Counted from the first letter of the stretch, positions 11,866 through 23,611 are shown. The stretch is 64,000 nucleotides of DNA from Macrostomum hystrix (GCA_950097015.1 CATNEN010000038.1:31124001-31188000); one strand, 5' to 3'. The notes: generated by a model not told the origin, from the sequence alone. A program made the numbers and translations.

Positions 11866-13390
11866 TCTCTCCCGAGTCTCATCCCTCACATGTCTCGTCT
11901 CTCCCGAGTCTCATCCCTCACATGTCTCGTCTCTCCCGAGTCTCATCCCTCACATGTCTCGTCTCTCCCGAGTCTCATCCCTCACATGTCTCGTCTCTCC
12001 CGAGTCTCATCCCTCACATGTCTCGTCTCTCCCGAGTCTCATCCCTCACATGTCTCGTCTCTCCCGAGTCTCATCCCTCACATGTCTCGTCTCTCCCGAG
12101 CCGATCATCCCTCACATGTCTCGTCTCTCCCGAGTCTCATCCCTCACGTGTCTCGTCTCTCCCGAGTCTCATCCCTCACATGTCTCCTCTCCCGAGTCTC
12201 ATCCCTCACATGTCTCGTCTCTCCCGAGTCTCATCCCTCACATGTCTCGTCTCTCCCGAGTCTCATCCCTCACATGTCTCGTCTCTCCCGAGCCGATCAT
12301 CCCTCACATGTCTCGTCTCTCCCGAGTCTCATCCCTCACGTGTCTCGTCTCTCCCGAGTCTCATCCCTCACGTGTCTCGTCTCTCCCGAGTCTCATCGCT
12401 CACATGTCTCCTCTCCCGAGTCTCATCGCTCACATGTCTCCTCTCCCGAGTCTCATCCCTCACATGTCTCGTCTCTCCCGAGCCGATCATCCCTCACATG
12501 TCTCGTCTCTCCCAAGTCTCATCCCTCACATGTCTCGTCTCTCCCGAGTCTCATCCCTCACATGTCTCGTCTCTCCCGAGTCTCATCCCTCACATGTCTC
12601 GTCTCTCCCGAGCCGATCATCCCTCACATGTCTCGTCTCTCCCGAGTCTCATCCCTCACGTGTCTCGTCTCTCCCGAGTCTCATCCCTCACGTGTCTCGT
12701 CTCTCCCGAGTCTCATCGCTCACATGTCTCCTCTCCCGAGTCTCATCGCTCACATGTCTCCTCTCCCGAGTCTCATCCCTCACATGTCTCGTCTCTCCCG
12801 AGCCGATCATCCCTCACATGTCTCGTCTCTCCCAAGTCTCATCCCTCACATGTCTCGTCTCTCCCGAGTCTCATCCCTCACATGTCTCGTCTCTCCCAAA
12901 TATCATCACTTACGTGTCTTATCTCATCTCAAAAAAGCGCAGATTTCTCTCGACAAATCTCTCCTGTGCCTCTTCTCTCCACCGTCTCATCTCTCCCTGT
13001 CTCTTCTCTCCCCTGTCCCATCTCTCCATGTCTCATCTCTCCATGTCTCATCTCGCCCCTGTCTTCTCTCCCCTGTCTCATCTCGCCCCTGTCTCTTCTC
13101 TCCACTGTCTCTTCTCTCCACTGTCTCATCTCTCCATGTCTCATCTCTCCATGTCTCATCTCGCCCCTGTCTCTTCTCTCCCCTGTCTCATCTCTCCATG
13201 TCTCATCTCGCCCCTGTCTCTTCTCTCCACTGTCTCATCTCTCCATGTCTCATCTCTCCATGTCTCATCTCTCCCTGTCTCTTCTCTCCCCTGTCTCATC
13301 TCTCCCTGTCTCTTCTCTCCCCTATCCCATCTATCCATTGTCACATCTCTAACCTGTCTCATCTCTCCCTGTCCCATCTCTCCCTGGTCG
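11866..13390. repeat. Pyrimidine-rich minisatellite: 32-bp unit (11866-12900) followed by a related 16-bp unit (12960-13390)
   Basis: Unit TCTCTCCCGAGTCTCATCCCTCACATGTCTCG, then TGTCTCATCTCTCC(C/A) variants. Confidence 0.95.
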
Positions 13391-13563
13391 GATATCACAA
13401 GTCTTATGCCTTCCGTATCTCGTTTCTTGGCTGTCACCTCTTTCCCCAGCCATCATATCGCTCATATTAAATCTAATTTCTATGAAAAATTTTCGTACTT
13501 AGCTTTCTTACTTTCGCTTTTGGCATATAAAGATGAAAGCGAAAACAAACATTAAATTAGTTG

Positions 13564-13602
13564 TACGACGCGTTTCGCACTCCTATGTGCATCTTCAGGT
13601 TT
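13564..13602 (-). ncRNA. Second minimal hammerhead motif (inverted copy)
   Basis: The reverse complement reads CCUGAAGAUGCACAUAGGAGUGCGAAACGCGUCGU. Confidence 0.65.
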
Positions 13603-13802
13603 ATTTTTTGAAACGAAAAAAAACAGGTTTTGCGAATAAATATGTGTAATTATTTATTTTACAAGTTGACAAGAAAAGTAGAAAAATTATTAAACAAATC
13701 GATATTTGAGAACACATGAGTTGGTCCGTACGGCAATGTGAAGTCCGGAGGCAGAATGAATGTACACCCAGTACTATCCTGTTTCATTTCGTTTCAAAAA
13801 AT

Positions 13803-13842
13803 AAACCTGAAGATGCACCTAGGAGTGCGAAACGCGTCGTAC
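13803..13842 (+). ncRNA. Minimal type-I hammerhead ribozyme motif (PLE-type)
   Basis: CUGAAGA-U-GCAC(CUAGGA)GUGC-GAAAC-GC-GUC; palindromic minimal stem III (ACGCGU); stem I weak (2 bp). Confidence 0.65.
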
Positions 13843-14781
13843 AACTAATTTAATGTTGGTTTTGGCTTTCATCTTTATCTTATCTCGTACTTACCAAGCG
13901 AGCAACTTTACCAGAATTTTTGGCATATATATTGCACACAATTGCCCAATAGAGTGAATTTAACGCGCTTCGTTCAACCAATGAGAGCGCAGGACGCGAA
14001 GCGACAGGGGGTTTGAAATCAACATATAAATATCTTGCAAAAAACTGTCCCTGCACAATTCCAAGTGTACAATATTCATTTGTACTTTAAACAACATAGT
14101 ACATAATATATATTCGCAAATATATATATAAGTTTGGTTGCGAAAAAATATATATCTTATATATTGCGCTTTTTCGTAAATTTAGTTTTTTTTCTGATAG
14201 GATCCGGCACTTTTCTAGAATGACTTTGAAAGACATTGAAAATGTCTAACTTTTCGATAAGTGTATTTCTTCTGCCAACTTTTCCGAAGGAGCCGCTTAT
14301 TGTGAAACCAGTCAGGTAAGAGGCAATTATATGTTTTCGATTATAACTATTTTTTTAGCGTTTCTATTGGACTAAAAATGAAGAACAAAAGCATTGTTGA
14401 ATATTGAAACTTTCACATAAAAATCTTTGTAATTTCCAGTACGACTTACTCGTATTATATATTGTATCTAGCAGCGATTTATAGATGTAAATTAGGCAGA
14501 AAAATGGCAAAAAATTAAAGTAGCACCTGGTAGTAGGTACAAACAGCTTGATTGTGTGTCATTCTAAAAAATAGAAGACTATTTCAGGCATTTACAAACT
14601 CGAAGTGCGTGAACATGGAACCAAATTCCATGGCTAGTCCATGGATTTACCGTAGCATAATAAAACTGTGCATACACGAGAGACTACTTCAAGTAGAAAT
14701 GCGTCATAGAAGTGTTAAATGCAGGGAGAGAATTTAAAATACGAAATCCGTCCTTCTGCTTAGTCCAATCAGATGCAGAAA

Positions 14782-14888
14782 CGTATAAAATATACGTCAG
14801 CGCTTATTTTACCAACGCTTATCTATAAAATGTATAAAATATACGTCAGCGCTTATTTTATCAATGCTTATCTATAAAATATATAAAA
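14782..14888. repeat. Two-copy ~50-bp tandem duplication
   Basis: TATAAAATATACGTCAGCGCTTATTTTA...TATCTATAAAAT occurs twice. Confidence 0.85.
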
Positions 14889-15347
14889 TGGATATGAAAA
14901 CTAAAAAAATTCTGCAGGATAATAACAGGTATGATGGAAATTATGCAGTGAACTAATTATATTTCATCAAGGTGGTTATTAATAACAGATTATACATTGA
15001 AAAGGCAAATCAGTATAGGCCACTTACTTTTCAATATCATTTCGGCATTTAGTATTCTCGAGTGCATATAGCTCGTCAAAGCAGTGTTAGTTACACACTT
15101 GTTGCACTATAATATTTCGTAGTGTATGTAGCGAACTAAGCCAATTAATAAATTAATCACTAGACCCCCTCCACAGTTCCCAGTCCATGGACTGAACAGT
15201 CTCCAGATGCGACAACAGCTGCGGCTGTGCCGTTGGCTGCACTTCTGCAAATTTGAGCTGATGAATCAAGCACTGGGGACAAGCGCCAAGAAACACTCTT
15301 TAAAGGATCCATTTCAAAAAGAATTAAAAAGACTAGACTAGAAGTTA

Positions 15348-15990
15348 AATCTATCGGCTCCAAAATCTACCTGGAGAAATCTACCTGCGCCAAAATCTAC
15401 CTCCACCAAAATCTACCTGCGCCAAAATCTACCTGCGCCAAAATCTACCTCCACCAAAATCTACCTGCGCCAAAATCTACCTGCGTCAAAATCTACCTCC
15501 ACCAAAATCAACCTGCGCCAAAATCTACCTCCACCAAAATCAACCTGCGCCAAAATCTACCTCCACCAAAATCAACCTGCGACAAAATCTACCTCCACCA
15601 AAATCTACCTCCACCAAAATCTACCTGCGCCAAAATATACCTGCGTAAAAATCTACCTGCGCCAAAATCCACCTGCGTCAAAATCTACCTGCGCCAAAAT
15701 CAACCTGCGCCAAAATCTACCTGTGCCAAAATCTGTGCCAAAATCTACCTACACCAAAATCTACCTGCGTCAAAATCTACCTACCCCAAAATCTACCTGC
15801 GTCAAAATCTATCGGCTTTAAAATCAACCTGGAGAAATCTACCTGCGCCAAAGTCTACCTCCACCAAAATCTACCTGCGCCAAAATCTAACTACACCAAA
15901 ATCTACCTGCGCCAAAATCTATAGGCTGCAAAATCTCCCTACAACCAAAATCTATGGGCTCCAAAATCGATCGGCTCTCAAATCTACCTA
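15348..15990. repeat. 16-bp minisatellite CCAAAATCTACCT(GCG/CCA)
   Basis: Direct tandem periodicity with degenerate edges. Confidence 0.95.
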
Positions 15991-16217
15991 CGCTGATTGA
16001 AATCAAGCATCTATCGTACAATTATTTGCTCGATAATTTTATATATTAAAAGCTGAAAATGCACTCACTGTAAAAAATCAACTCCGATAATGAAAAATTT
16101 GTTGCTAAGTAGCTTTTAGCAAAATATAAAATACAGAAAGGCCAAATACAGAAAGGCCAAATTTAGATCTGACAATGATCTAAATAATCGAAACTCAAAG
16201 ACCACATGAAATCCCCA

Positions 16218-17137
16218 GCATTACTGTATTCTACTGATAGCATTACTGTATTCTACTGACAGCATTACTGTATTCTACTGACAGCATTACTGTATTCTAC
16301 TGACAGTATGACTGTGTATTCTACTGACAGCATTACTGTATTCTACTGACAGCATTACTGTATTCTACTGACAGCATTACTGTATTCTACTGACAGCATG
16401 ACTGTGTATTCTACTGACAGCATTACTGTATTCTACTGACAGTATGACTGTGTATTCTACTGACAGTATGACTGTGTATTCTACTGACAGCATTACTGTA
16501 TTCTACTGACAGCATTACTGTATTCTACTGACAGCATGACTGTGTATTCTACTGACAGCATTACTGTATTCTACTGACAGCATTACTGTATTCTACTGAC
16601 AGCATTACTGTATTCTACTGACAGCAATACTGTATTCTACTGACAGCATTACTGTATTCTACTGACAGCATGACTGTATTCTACTGACAGCATTACTGTA
16701 TTCTACTGACAGCATGATTGTATTCTACTGACAGCATTACTGTATTCTACTTACAGCATTACTGTATTCTACTGATAGCATTACTGTGTATTCTACTTAC
16801 ATCATTACTGTATTCTACTGACAGCATTACTGTATTCTACTGACAGCATTACTGTATTCTACTGACAGCATGACTGTGTATTCTACTGACAGCATGACTG
16901 TGTATTCTACTGACAGCATTACTGTATTCTACTGATAGCATTACTGGATTCTACTGACAGCATTACTGTATTCTACTGACAGCATTACTGTATTCTACTG
17001 ACAGCATTACTGTATTCTACTGACAGCATGACTGTGTATTATACTGACAGCATTACTGTATTCTACTGACAGCATTACTGTATTCTACTGACAGTATTAC
17101 TGTATTCTACTGACAGCATTACTGTATTCTACTGACG
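16218..17137. repeat. 22-bp minisatellite CAGCATTACTGTATTCTACTGA (with 24-bp variants)
   Basis: About 40 tandem copies. Confidence 0.95.
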
Positions 17138-17630
17138 GCAGTCAGATGTCAGAAGTCAAATGTCGTGCTCATCGAGAGTTCTTTGACTAAATATTTACTA
17201 GCTAGTAAGTTAGATAGTTAGTAAAAGATTGCTCTTAAATAAAATTTGTTAATCTGGTTCAAAAAGTCGTCATCTAACATGTTCTCATCAAGCTAATTTT
17301 CTCTTCAAACATTATAGGACAACTATAAGACGAAATATTAGATTTGGTATCTTAGCGATCAACATATTAAAGTTCATTCTGGTGAGTGTAACCAAGACTT
17401 TATATGCCATCATTGGCTATCATTGCTTATACTGAACATAAAAAACGGCATCCTAATTCAGATTCTAAGGAGTCCGGAAGCAAGGAGGACACAATCCTCA
17501 GACAGCAAAACACATCGCCGCTACGCCACGAATCACAAATTGGGAAACGTCGTTATTAATAAGTGTTTGGGAAATCCGACTCATCACAGCACACCTAGAC
17601 ACGGGCACAGTTGGCTGGACATAGTAGCGA

Positions 17631-19670
17631 ATGGCTCTACATCTATTCCCAGACTCAAAATCTGGCCGCTTCGCTTGGCCATCGCATGGAATCCTGGGCC
17701 AGCGGACGATAAAGCTTCACTCACTAAAGACTTGGCAACAAGGTGGAAACTGGTTAGCGAATAAAGAAGAAGAAAGTAATGAAAAAGCTCGGAAAATTCA
17801 CCTAAAAGAGAAACTGGAAGAAGTCACGGGTCTCGAAAAGAAGTGGGCCGAGGACCAAATCGAAGTTCTGACGCTGTACAAGCCGTCCTGGATCACAGAA
17901 ATGGCATCCAGCTTGCAAGCCATATCGGATAGGGCGCAGCACATAGAGAGAATGAGCATCGCTAAGCAGCTACGTCAGACGGATTCCTTTGTTCAGATTT
18001 CCGCTACTCAGATAGCAAGAAGCAAGGTGCTGAGGTACTACAACAACAGCACTCCTGGTGGCAGAGCTCAGTCCGTGCCGCAGACTCTGGACTTCCGCAA
18101 TCAGCGATGGGACACGACTGGAATGCCGGCCTCCATTCCTCAGCACCTGTGGGACATGAGACGTGAGGACAACAGGTGGCAGTCCTTCCACCTGCCTGAT
18201 GCATCATTCACTGCGTCTCACCTGGTGTCAGTGACGGATCTGGCTGCTGACGGATTCTTCTACCTGCAGGAGTCGGACAGAGTGAAGTGCGCCTTCTGCA
18301 AGGGTGTGCTCAAGGACTGGGAGGCGGGTGAGCAGGTGCGAGAGGCTCACAGACGCCACTTCTCGACCTGTCCGTTCGTGCTGTTCGTCGATGTGGGCAA
18401 CGTGCCCCGAGAGCACAGAGAGCCAGAAGGAGAGGCGAGGTCGGCAGTGCAGGTAAAGGCAGTGCAGTGCACTGAGCACACCGCACATGCCGAGGCAGTG
18501 ATGGTGAGCGGAGACTGGAGCATGAGGCTGATCTCTGAGCTGCCTCCCATGGAGCCCACTGAGATGTCGGAGTGGGCGATGGCGACAGATGGAGTGAGAT
18601 CGAGGTGGACTAGAGCTCAGTACGGATCACCGAGTGCTGCTGCTCATGACGAGCTCATCTCACTCGACCTGACGAGGCGTCCTCGGCTGGCAGTATCAAG
18701 CGAGGTGGCTCGATCCGCGTGCTCCGAGAGAGCGCTCACGAACCTGTCCGCTCTGCAGCACAGTCTGGAGACGGACCCATCGAGCGTGACTGCCAAACAT
18801 GAGCAGTTCCAGAGCTACCAAGAGAGATCAAAGTCTCTGCGATCGGCACTCGTTCCGCAGCCGGTGTACTTGCTGGCGAAGGCGGGCTTCTTCTCGAGTG
18901 AGGAGAGAGCGACCTGCTGCTTCAGCTGTGGACTCCGCATGAGTGAGTGGAGCTGCGACGATGATGTGTGGGTGCAGCACGCACGGTGGTCACCTCGCTG
19001 TGCTCACGTGTTGTTGGAGCGAGGCAGCGACTTTGTGCAGGCGGTGCACCGACTGTCGCCTCCCGTGTCGCCTCCCGTGTCGAAGGTCGGAGCTGCTCAT
19101 CGTGCCGCTGCATCGGTGCAGAGAGACTCACCTGATCCGTCAGCTGCAGCTTCGGCGGTGAGTGTCGGCGGCTCCTCCGCAGTCCGCAGCAGTCGCACAG
19201 ACGAGGCGCTCGCAATCACACGTGGAGTTGAGTTCAGAGTCGAGGCCAGAGACATCAAGGCGAGGGCTGATCTGCCGGTTGTGAGACTGCTCACTCAGCT
19301 CGGATTCTCTGCTCTGCAAGTCCGCCTGTTCACAGAGCTGCATCTCAGACAGCGAGGCGACGACTTTGCCACATCGGAGCTGTTCCTCGACTTCATGCTC
19401 ACCGAGAGCCGCCGCATGCGCCAGCAGTCGCAGGATCCCGAGACATTCTTCGAGAGCAGACTGGCCGAGATCAAGGAGCCTTTGAATCAGCAGCCGAGAC
19501 CCCGCGATGCGAACGACTGGAAGACGTGCAAGGTGTGCATGGACAAGGAGGTGAACATCTTACTCCTGGACTGTGGTCACGTGGTCTGCTGCTCGGTGTG
19601 CGCCAAGTCCCTCAAGACCTGCCCTATTTGCAGGGCTTTCATTCGCGGAGTTTTGTTTCTGAACGTTTAA
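17631..19670 (+). CDS. Inhibitor of apoptosis protein (IAP/BIRC family): 2 BIR domains plus C-terminal RING, intronless; start codon uncertain
   Basis: BIR1: LAADGFFY..DRVKCAFCKGVLKDWEAGE...H...FSTCPF. BIR2: LAKAGFF....CCFSCG.RMSEW...DDVWVQHARWSPRC. RING: CKVCMDKEVNILLLDCGHVVCCSVCAKSLKTCPICR. Confidence 0.93.
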   Translation: MALHLFPDSKSGRFAWPSHGILGQRTIKLHSLKTWQQGGNWLANKEEESNEKARKIHLKEKLEEVTGLEKKWAEDQIEVLTLYKPSWITEMASSLQAISDRAQHIERMSIAKQLRQTDSFVQISATQIARSKVLRYYNNSTPGGRAQSVPQTLDFRNQRWDTTGMPASIPQHLWDMRREDNRWQSFHLPDASFTASHLVSVTDLAADGFFYLQESDRVKCAFCKGVLKDWEAGEQVREAHRRHFSTCPFVLFVDVGNVPREHREPEGEARSAVQVKAVQCTEHTAHAEAVMVSGDWSMRLISELPPMEPTEMSEWAMATDGVRSRWTRAQYGSPSAAAHDELISLDLTRRPRLAVSSEVARSACSERALTNLSALQHSLETDPSSVTAKHEQFQSYQERSKSLRSALVPQPVYLLAKAGFFSSEERATCCFSCGLRMSEWSCDDDVWVQHARWSPRCAHVLLERGSDFVQAVHRLSPPVSPPVSKVGAAHRAAASVQRDSPDPSAAASAVSVGGSSAVRSSRTDEALAITRGVEFRVEARDIKARADLPVVRLLTQLGFSALQVRLFTELHLRQRGDDFATSELFLDFMLTESRRMRQQSQDPETFFESRLAEIKEPLNQQPRPRDANDWKTCKVCMDKEVNILLLDCGHVVCCSVCAKSLKTCPICRAFIRGVLFLNV

Positions 19671-20604
19671 GAACCGGAGGGCTGCTGTGATTTTGATGTT
19701 TCATAAACACTGCACTTTCTGCATCGTACTTCTTGTTCTTAACAGTTTCATTTTAGTCTCGAGAGATTTGATTTATGAGGCCTTCTTTAAAATTTATTAA
19801 ATCGTACATGATAATTTCTTTAATTTGAGATTCTTTGTGTAACTGCTCCGTTATACTCGTAAATTATATGGCTGTTTTATTCACGTCTTTCTCAACTACG
19901 AGTACGGGTTCTCAATTTTTTTAGATTTTTAAAACTTTTTTAATCTGATCGTACCGGTTTATGGTGATCGTTTCTTTATTAAGTTATGTAAACGCTGCGT
20001 GACAGTGCTCCGCTTATCCAATAGCTTTCATAGCAGACCCCTTTGTTGATAGGACTAAGGTATAAACTGCCAGCTTTATTCGTCATGCGACGGCTAAGGA
20101 CGGACGACGGCTTCCTACAGGTGAGTTGCATCGAGAAGCTGATTGGAATGCTTGGCTACCCTGATGAGATCACACTGCACCAGACTACCAGGTTAGTTAT
20201 CTCAACCATCAACTGCGGATAACTCGTCAACAGGCTGAAGCACATCCTTACATTGTGTTCGCAACATGGGCTCGAAATTTACTGTGATGTGAATGTACTG
20301 TGATGTGAATGTAATGTGATGTAATGTGAATTTGAATCAACCGCGCCATTTTCGATGCTCTTTGCTTCTCTTTAAAGCTCTTTGATCCTTTTTTAATCCA
20401 GACTTTTTGTTAGCATGACTAGCTCTTCTAGAGAAAGCGAATTATGTAAAGCAAACTTGTGTAAACAATTTTCCACACTTTGCAACATTACCGTATAGCT
20501 ACTCTAAGAAGCTATAAATACACAAATTTAGCCCTTGCTTTACTCAGAACATTGTTCTAAAAACAGTAAAACTGAAATATTGGTCTAAAATTTCACTCCT
20601 CTTT

Positions 20605-21285
20605 CGACCTGATTGTTGACCCACCTAAATCTATTGACTTGATTGTTGACCCAACAGATACTACTGACCTGATTGCTGAACCACAAGATTCTACTGACCT
20701 GATTGTGACCCACCAGATACTACTGACCTGATTCTTGACCCACCTAATTCTATTGGCTGATTGTTGACCCACCAGATTCTACTGACCTAATTGTTGACCC
20801 ACCAGATTCTACTAACTTGATTGTTGACCGACGAGATACTACTGATCTGATTGTTGACCCACCAGATTCTACTGACCTGATTGTTGACCCACCAGATTCT
20901 ACTGACCTGATTGTTGACCCACCAGATTCTACTGACCTGATTGTTGACCCACCAGATTCTACTGACCTGATTGTTGACCCACCAGATTCTACTGATCTGA
21001 TTGTTGACCCACCAGATTCTACTGACCTGATTGCTGACTCACCAGATTCTACTGGCCCGACTGTTGACCCACCAAATTCTACTTACCTGATGATTGACCT
21101 ACCAGATTCTACTGACCTGATTGTTGACCCACCAAATTCTACTGACCTGATTGTTGACCCACCAAATTCTACTGACCTGATGATTGACCTACCAGATTCT
21201 ACTGACCTGATGATTGACCTACCAGATTCTACTGACCTGATGATTGACCTACCAGATTCTAATGACCTGATTGTTGACCCAGAAT
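20605..21285 (+). repeat. 30-bp minisatellite TTGTTGACCCACCAGATTCTACTGACCTGA
   Basis: About 22 copies; lies between the convergent IAP and p47 genes. Confidence 0.95.
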
Positions 21286-21803
21286 AGAATAAAATAAAAT
21301 TAAGAATATAATTATTAACAAATGAACAAATAAATAAAGAAAAAGGTAAGGCGAAACTTTGTATTAGTTTGGTTAACATTTAAGAAGAGGTAAGCTTATT
21401 TATGCAGATTTTCAAGTCAGTTTATTAATAAAAACGATGCGCATTTGCTACTTATAGTAGATGTTATACAATAATATTACTTTATCTTTATATTACCTTA
21501 TAATCTGACCAATAACCGTATTGAAAAGACCTACGAAATGTAGCACAACAAAATGCCATGAATCTGAATATATTCGCTGCGAGAATGAACTCTGAATAAA
21601 ATTAGCATTTTGGTAATTAAATTGGATGTTGAAAATGAAAGTAATAATAATAAAAAAACAAAAGAAATTTTAGAAAAGCAATCAGTGCCAGAAAGGCGCT
21701 TCAGGGAGTAGTTTTCAAGTCCATGCTAAACAAAGCTAAACTAAACAATGTTTAGTTACACTGAGCCTACTGTGAGTAGTATACTTAACAACACTATCAA
21801 AGC

Positions 21804-23503
21804 CTATTTAATCCGCACCACAACGGCAGCGTTGATGAGGCCAGCAGCCTCCAGGGTCTGGTTCTCGTTGTCAATCTCTGCGGTTGGGAAGGTGGTTAGG
21901 AAGACAAAGTTCCTGCCAGCTAGATCGGGTCGCTCAGCGCACAGGTAGTGGCGCAGATCAGCCACAGTGTGCCGGCCAGGGTTCAAGGTGACAGACAGAG
22001 GTCTGCCGCCTGTGGGCAGGCGCACATTCAGATTGGTGGTCGGCTGACTGTGATCAACAGGGACAGCGGCAGCTCCACCGCCGACTGTTAAGGCCTGCTG
22101 CTGCTGCTGCTGGGGCTGCTGAGCACAGCCAGTATTGGCGGCCGGGGCAGGACTGCCCAGAACCATGCCGGAGCCGGTGAAGGCACGAAAATTCGCGCCA
22201 CCAAAGGAGCCGCCGGCGCAGAACTCGCTGTCGCGATGATCCTCCAGCTGCAGATCGACTCTAGCGCCGCGGGCGTCGCTGCGCAGCTCAGGAGGCACCA
22301 CACCCTGGGCGACTGCGCGCAGCAGCTCCCGCGTGGCCGGATCATCGAAGCCGCGCAACGGACCGTCGTCGATTGAGACGCCGTTAGACCAGAGCTTCAA
22401 CACGCGACAGACTGGCGCGGCTGCGGCTGCGGCATCGGCTGGTACGGAAGCTTTGGAAGCTGCCGCGGCGGACGCTGCTGACGGCTGGTCCGAGTCGAGG
22501 CGAAGACCCTGGCCAGCAAACGCAGCGAAGCCGCCGTGGCTAGTCGCGTCCTCGGACGAGTCGACTTCGGTGGCGCCGTGACGTCGAGCGGAGGCGAACA
22601 GGCTGGTTGCAATGCGACCAGCGTCGGCGGCGCGACGAGAACCCGGCGGACCCAACACCTGGTCAAAGGTGAGCGAGTGAGTTAGGGAAATTAACACCAG
22701 GATTTTGCTAACTGGCTAAAAATAATGGAAAAATGATAATGTCATTATCATGAAGGCAGTTTCAATGGTTTATTAGGCTTGATATATCTCGCGGGTCAAC
22801 AATCGGGTCAGTAGAATCTGGTGGGTCAATCATAAGGTCAATAGAATCTAGTGGGTCAAAAATCAAGTCAGTAGAATCTGGTGGGTCAACAATCAGGTCA
22901 GTAGAATCTGGTGGGTCAACAATCAGGTCAGTAGAATCTGGTGGGTCAACAATCAGGTCAGTAGAATCTGGTGGGTCAACAATCAGGTCAGTAGAATCTG
23001 GTGGGTCAACAATCAGGTCAGTAGAATCTGGTGGGTCAACAATCAAGTCATTAGAATCTGGTGGGTCAACAATAAGGTCAATCGGCTAAAAGCACACAAA
23101 CCTGCTGTCCTCCGCCATGTTCAGAGCCACCAACGTAGAACGCCTGGGCGCCCTCGTCATCATCGCTGTCGTTCTCTCCGTGATCGCTGCCGCCGCTCTC
23201 GCCGCCAGCGTGACCTCGGCCGCCATGGCGAGACCGCAAAGCGTCCATGGTGACAAATCGACTAGGTGGCTGTTTCTGAGCCTGCGGCTGCGGTCGCGTT
23301 GGCTGCTCGGGATTAGCAATAGAGGCCGGTGGCTGCTGCTGCTGCTGCGGCTGTTGAGCAGTTTCGCCGCCTTCCTCTCCGGCAGCGAAGAACATTGCTA
23401 CAGCCGCGTCTAGATCGCCCTGTGTGGCCTCCAAATAGACCCGAGCTCGCTCCGAGTCGGCTGATGTCACCGACATGAAAGTGGAAATCTTCTCTGAATC
23501 CAT
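21804..23503 (-). CDS. NSFL1C: p97/VCP cofactor p47 (UBA-like, SEP, UBX), 418 aa; exons 23503-23102 and 22658-21804
   Basis: N-terminal UBA-like MDSEKISTFMSVT..ARVYLEA...LDAAVAMFF; FYVGGSEHGGGQQ|VLGPP across a GT-AG intron; SEP domain LKLWSNGVSIDDGPLR; FTGSGMVLGS SHP box; UBX domain with TTFP and TLEAAGLINA. Confidence 0.93.
22790..23082 (-). repeat. Same 30-bp minisatellite as 20605-21285, in inverted orientation, inside the p47 intron
   Basis: Unit GTGGGTCAACAATCAGGTCAGTAGAATCTG is the reverse complement of the 20.6-kb unit; about 9-10 copies. Confidence 0.95.
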
Positions 23504-23611
23504 GCGAGAGTACACCGAGTGCTCAGTTGAATGCTGCTGTTGCTTTAGGAGAGTAATAAACTCTAACCTGCAATTTACGTCAGATATGATTGAGCTCTGA
23601 ACACCTGTGAC

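Larger units (their letters stand above)
13530..13917. mobile_element. Short non-autonomous Penelope-like element with inverted pLTR-like arms
   Basis: ~100-bp inverted repeat (13528-13627 vs 13778-13878), a ~40-bp 3' tail, a 12-bp TSD TTTTGGCATATA (13518-13529 / 13918-13929), and a hammerhead motif in each arm. Confidence 0.75.

Noticed and set aside
11600-13555. Three overlapping 540-650 aa ORFs
   Set aside because: All three frames are open only because the C/T-rich minisatellite lacks stop codons.
17540-17580. NF-kB-like GGGAAA sites upstream of the IAP
   Set aside because: Imperfect short matches expected by chance; no supporting evidence.
20160-20280. CTGATGAG ... CTCGAAA hammerhead-like words
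   Set aside because: Stem II pairs only 2 bp and there is no stem III or cleavage triplet.
20817-21287. (IVDPPDSTDL)n ORFs here and at 22762-23046
   Set aside because: These are translations of the 30-bp minisatellite; one copy is intronic and there is no non-repeat coding context.
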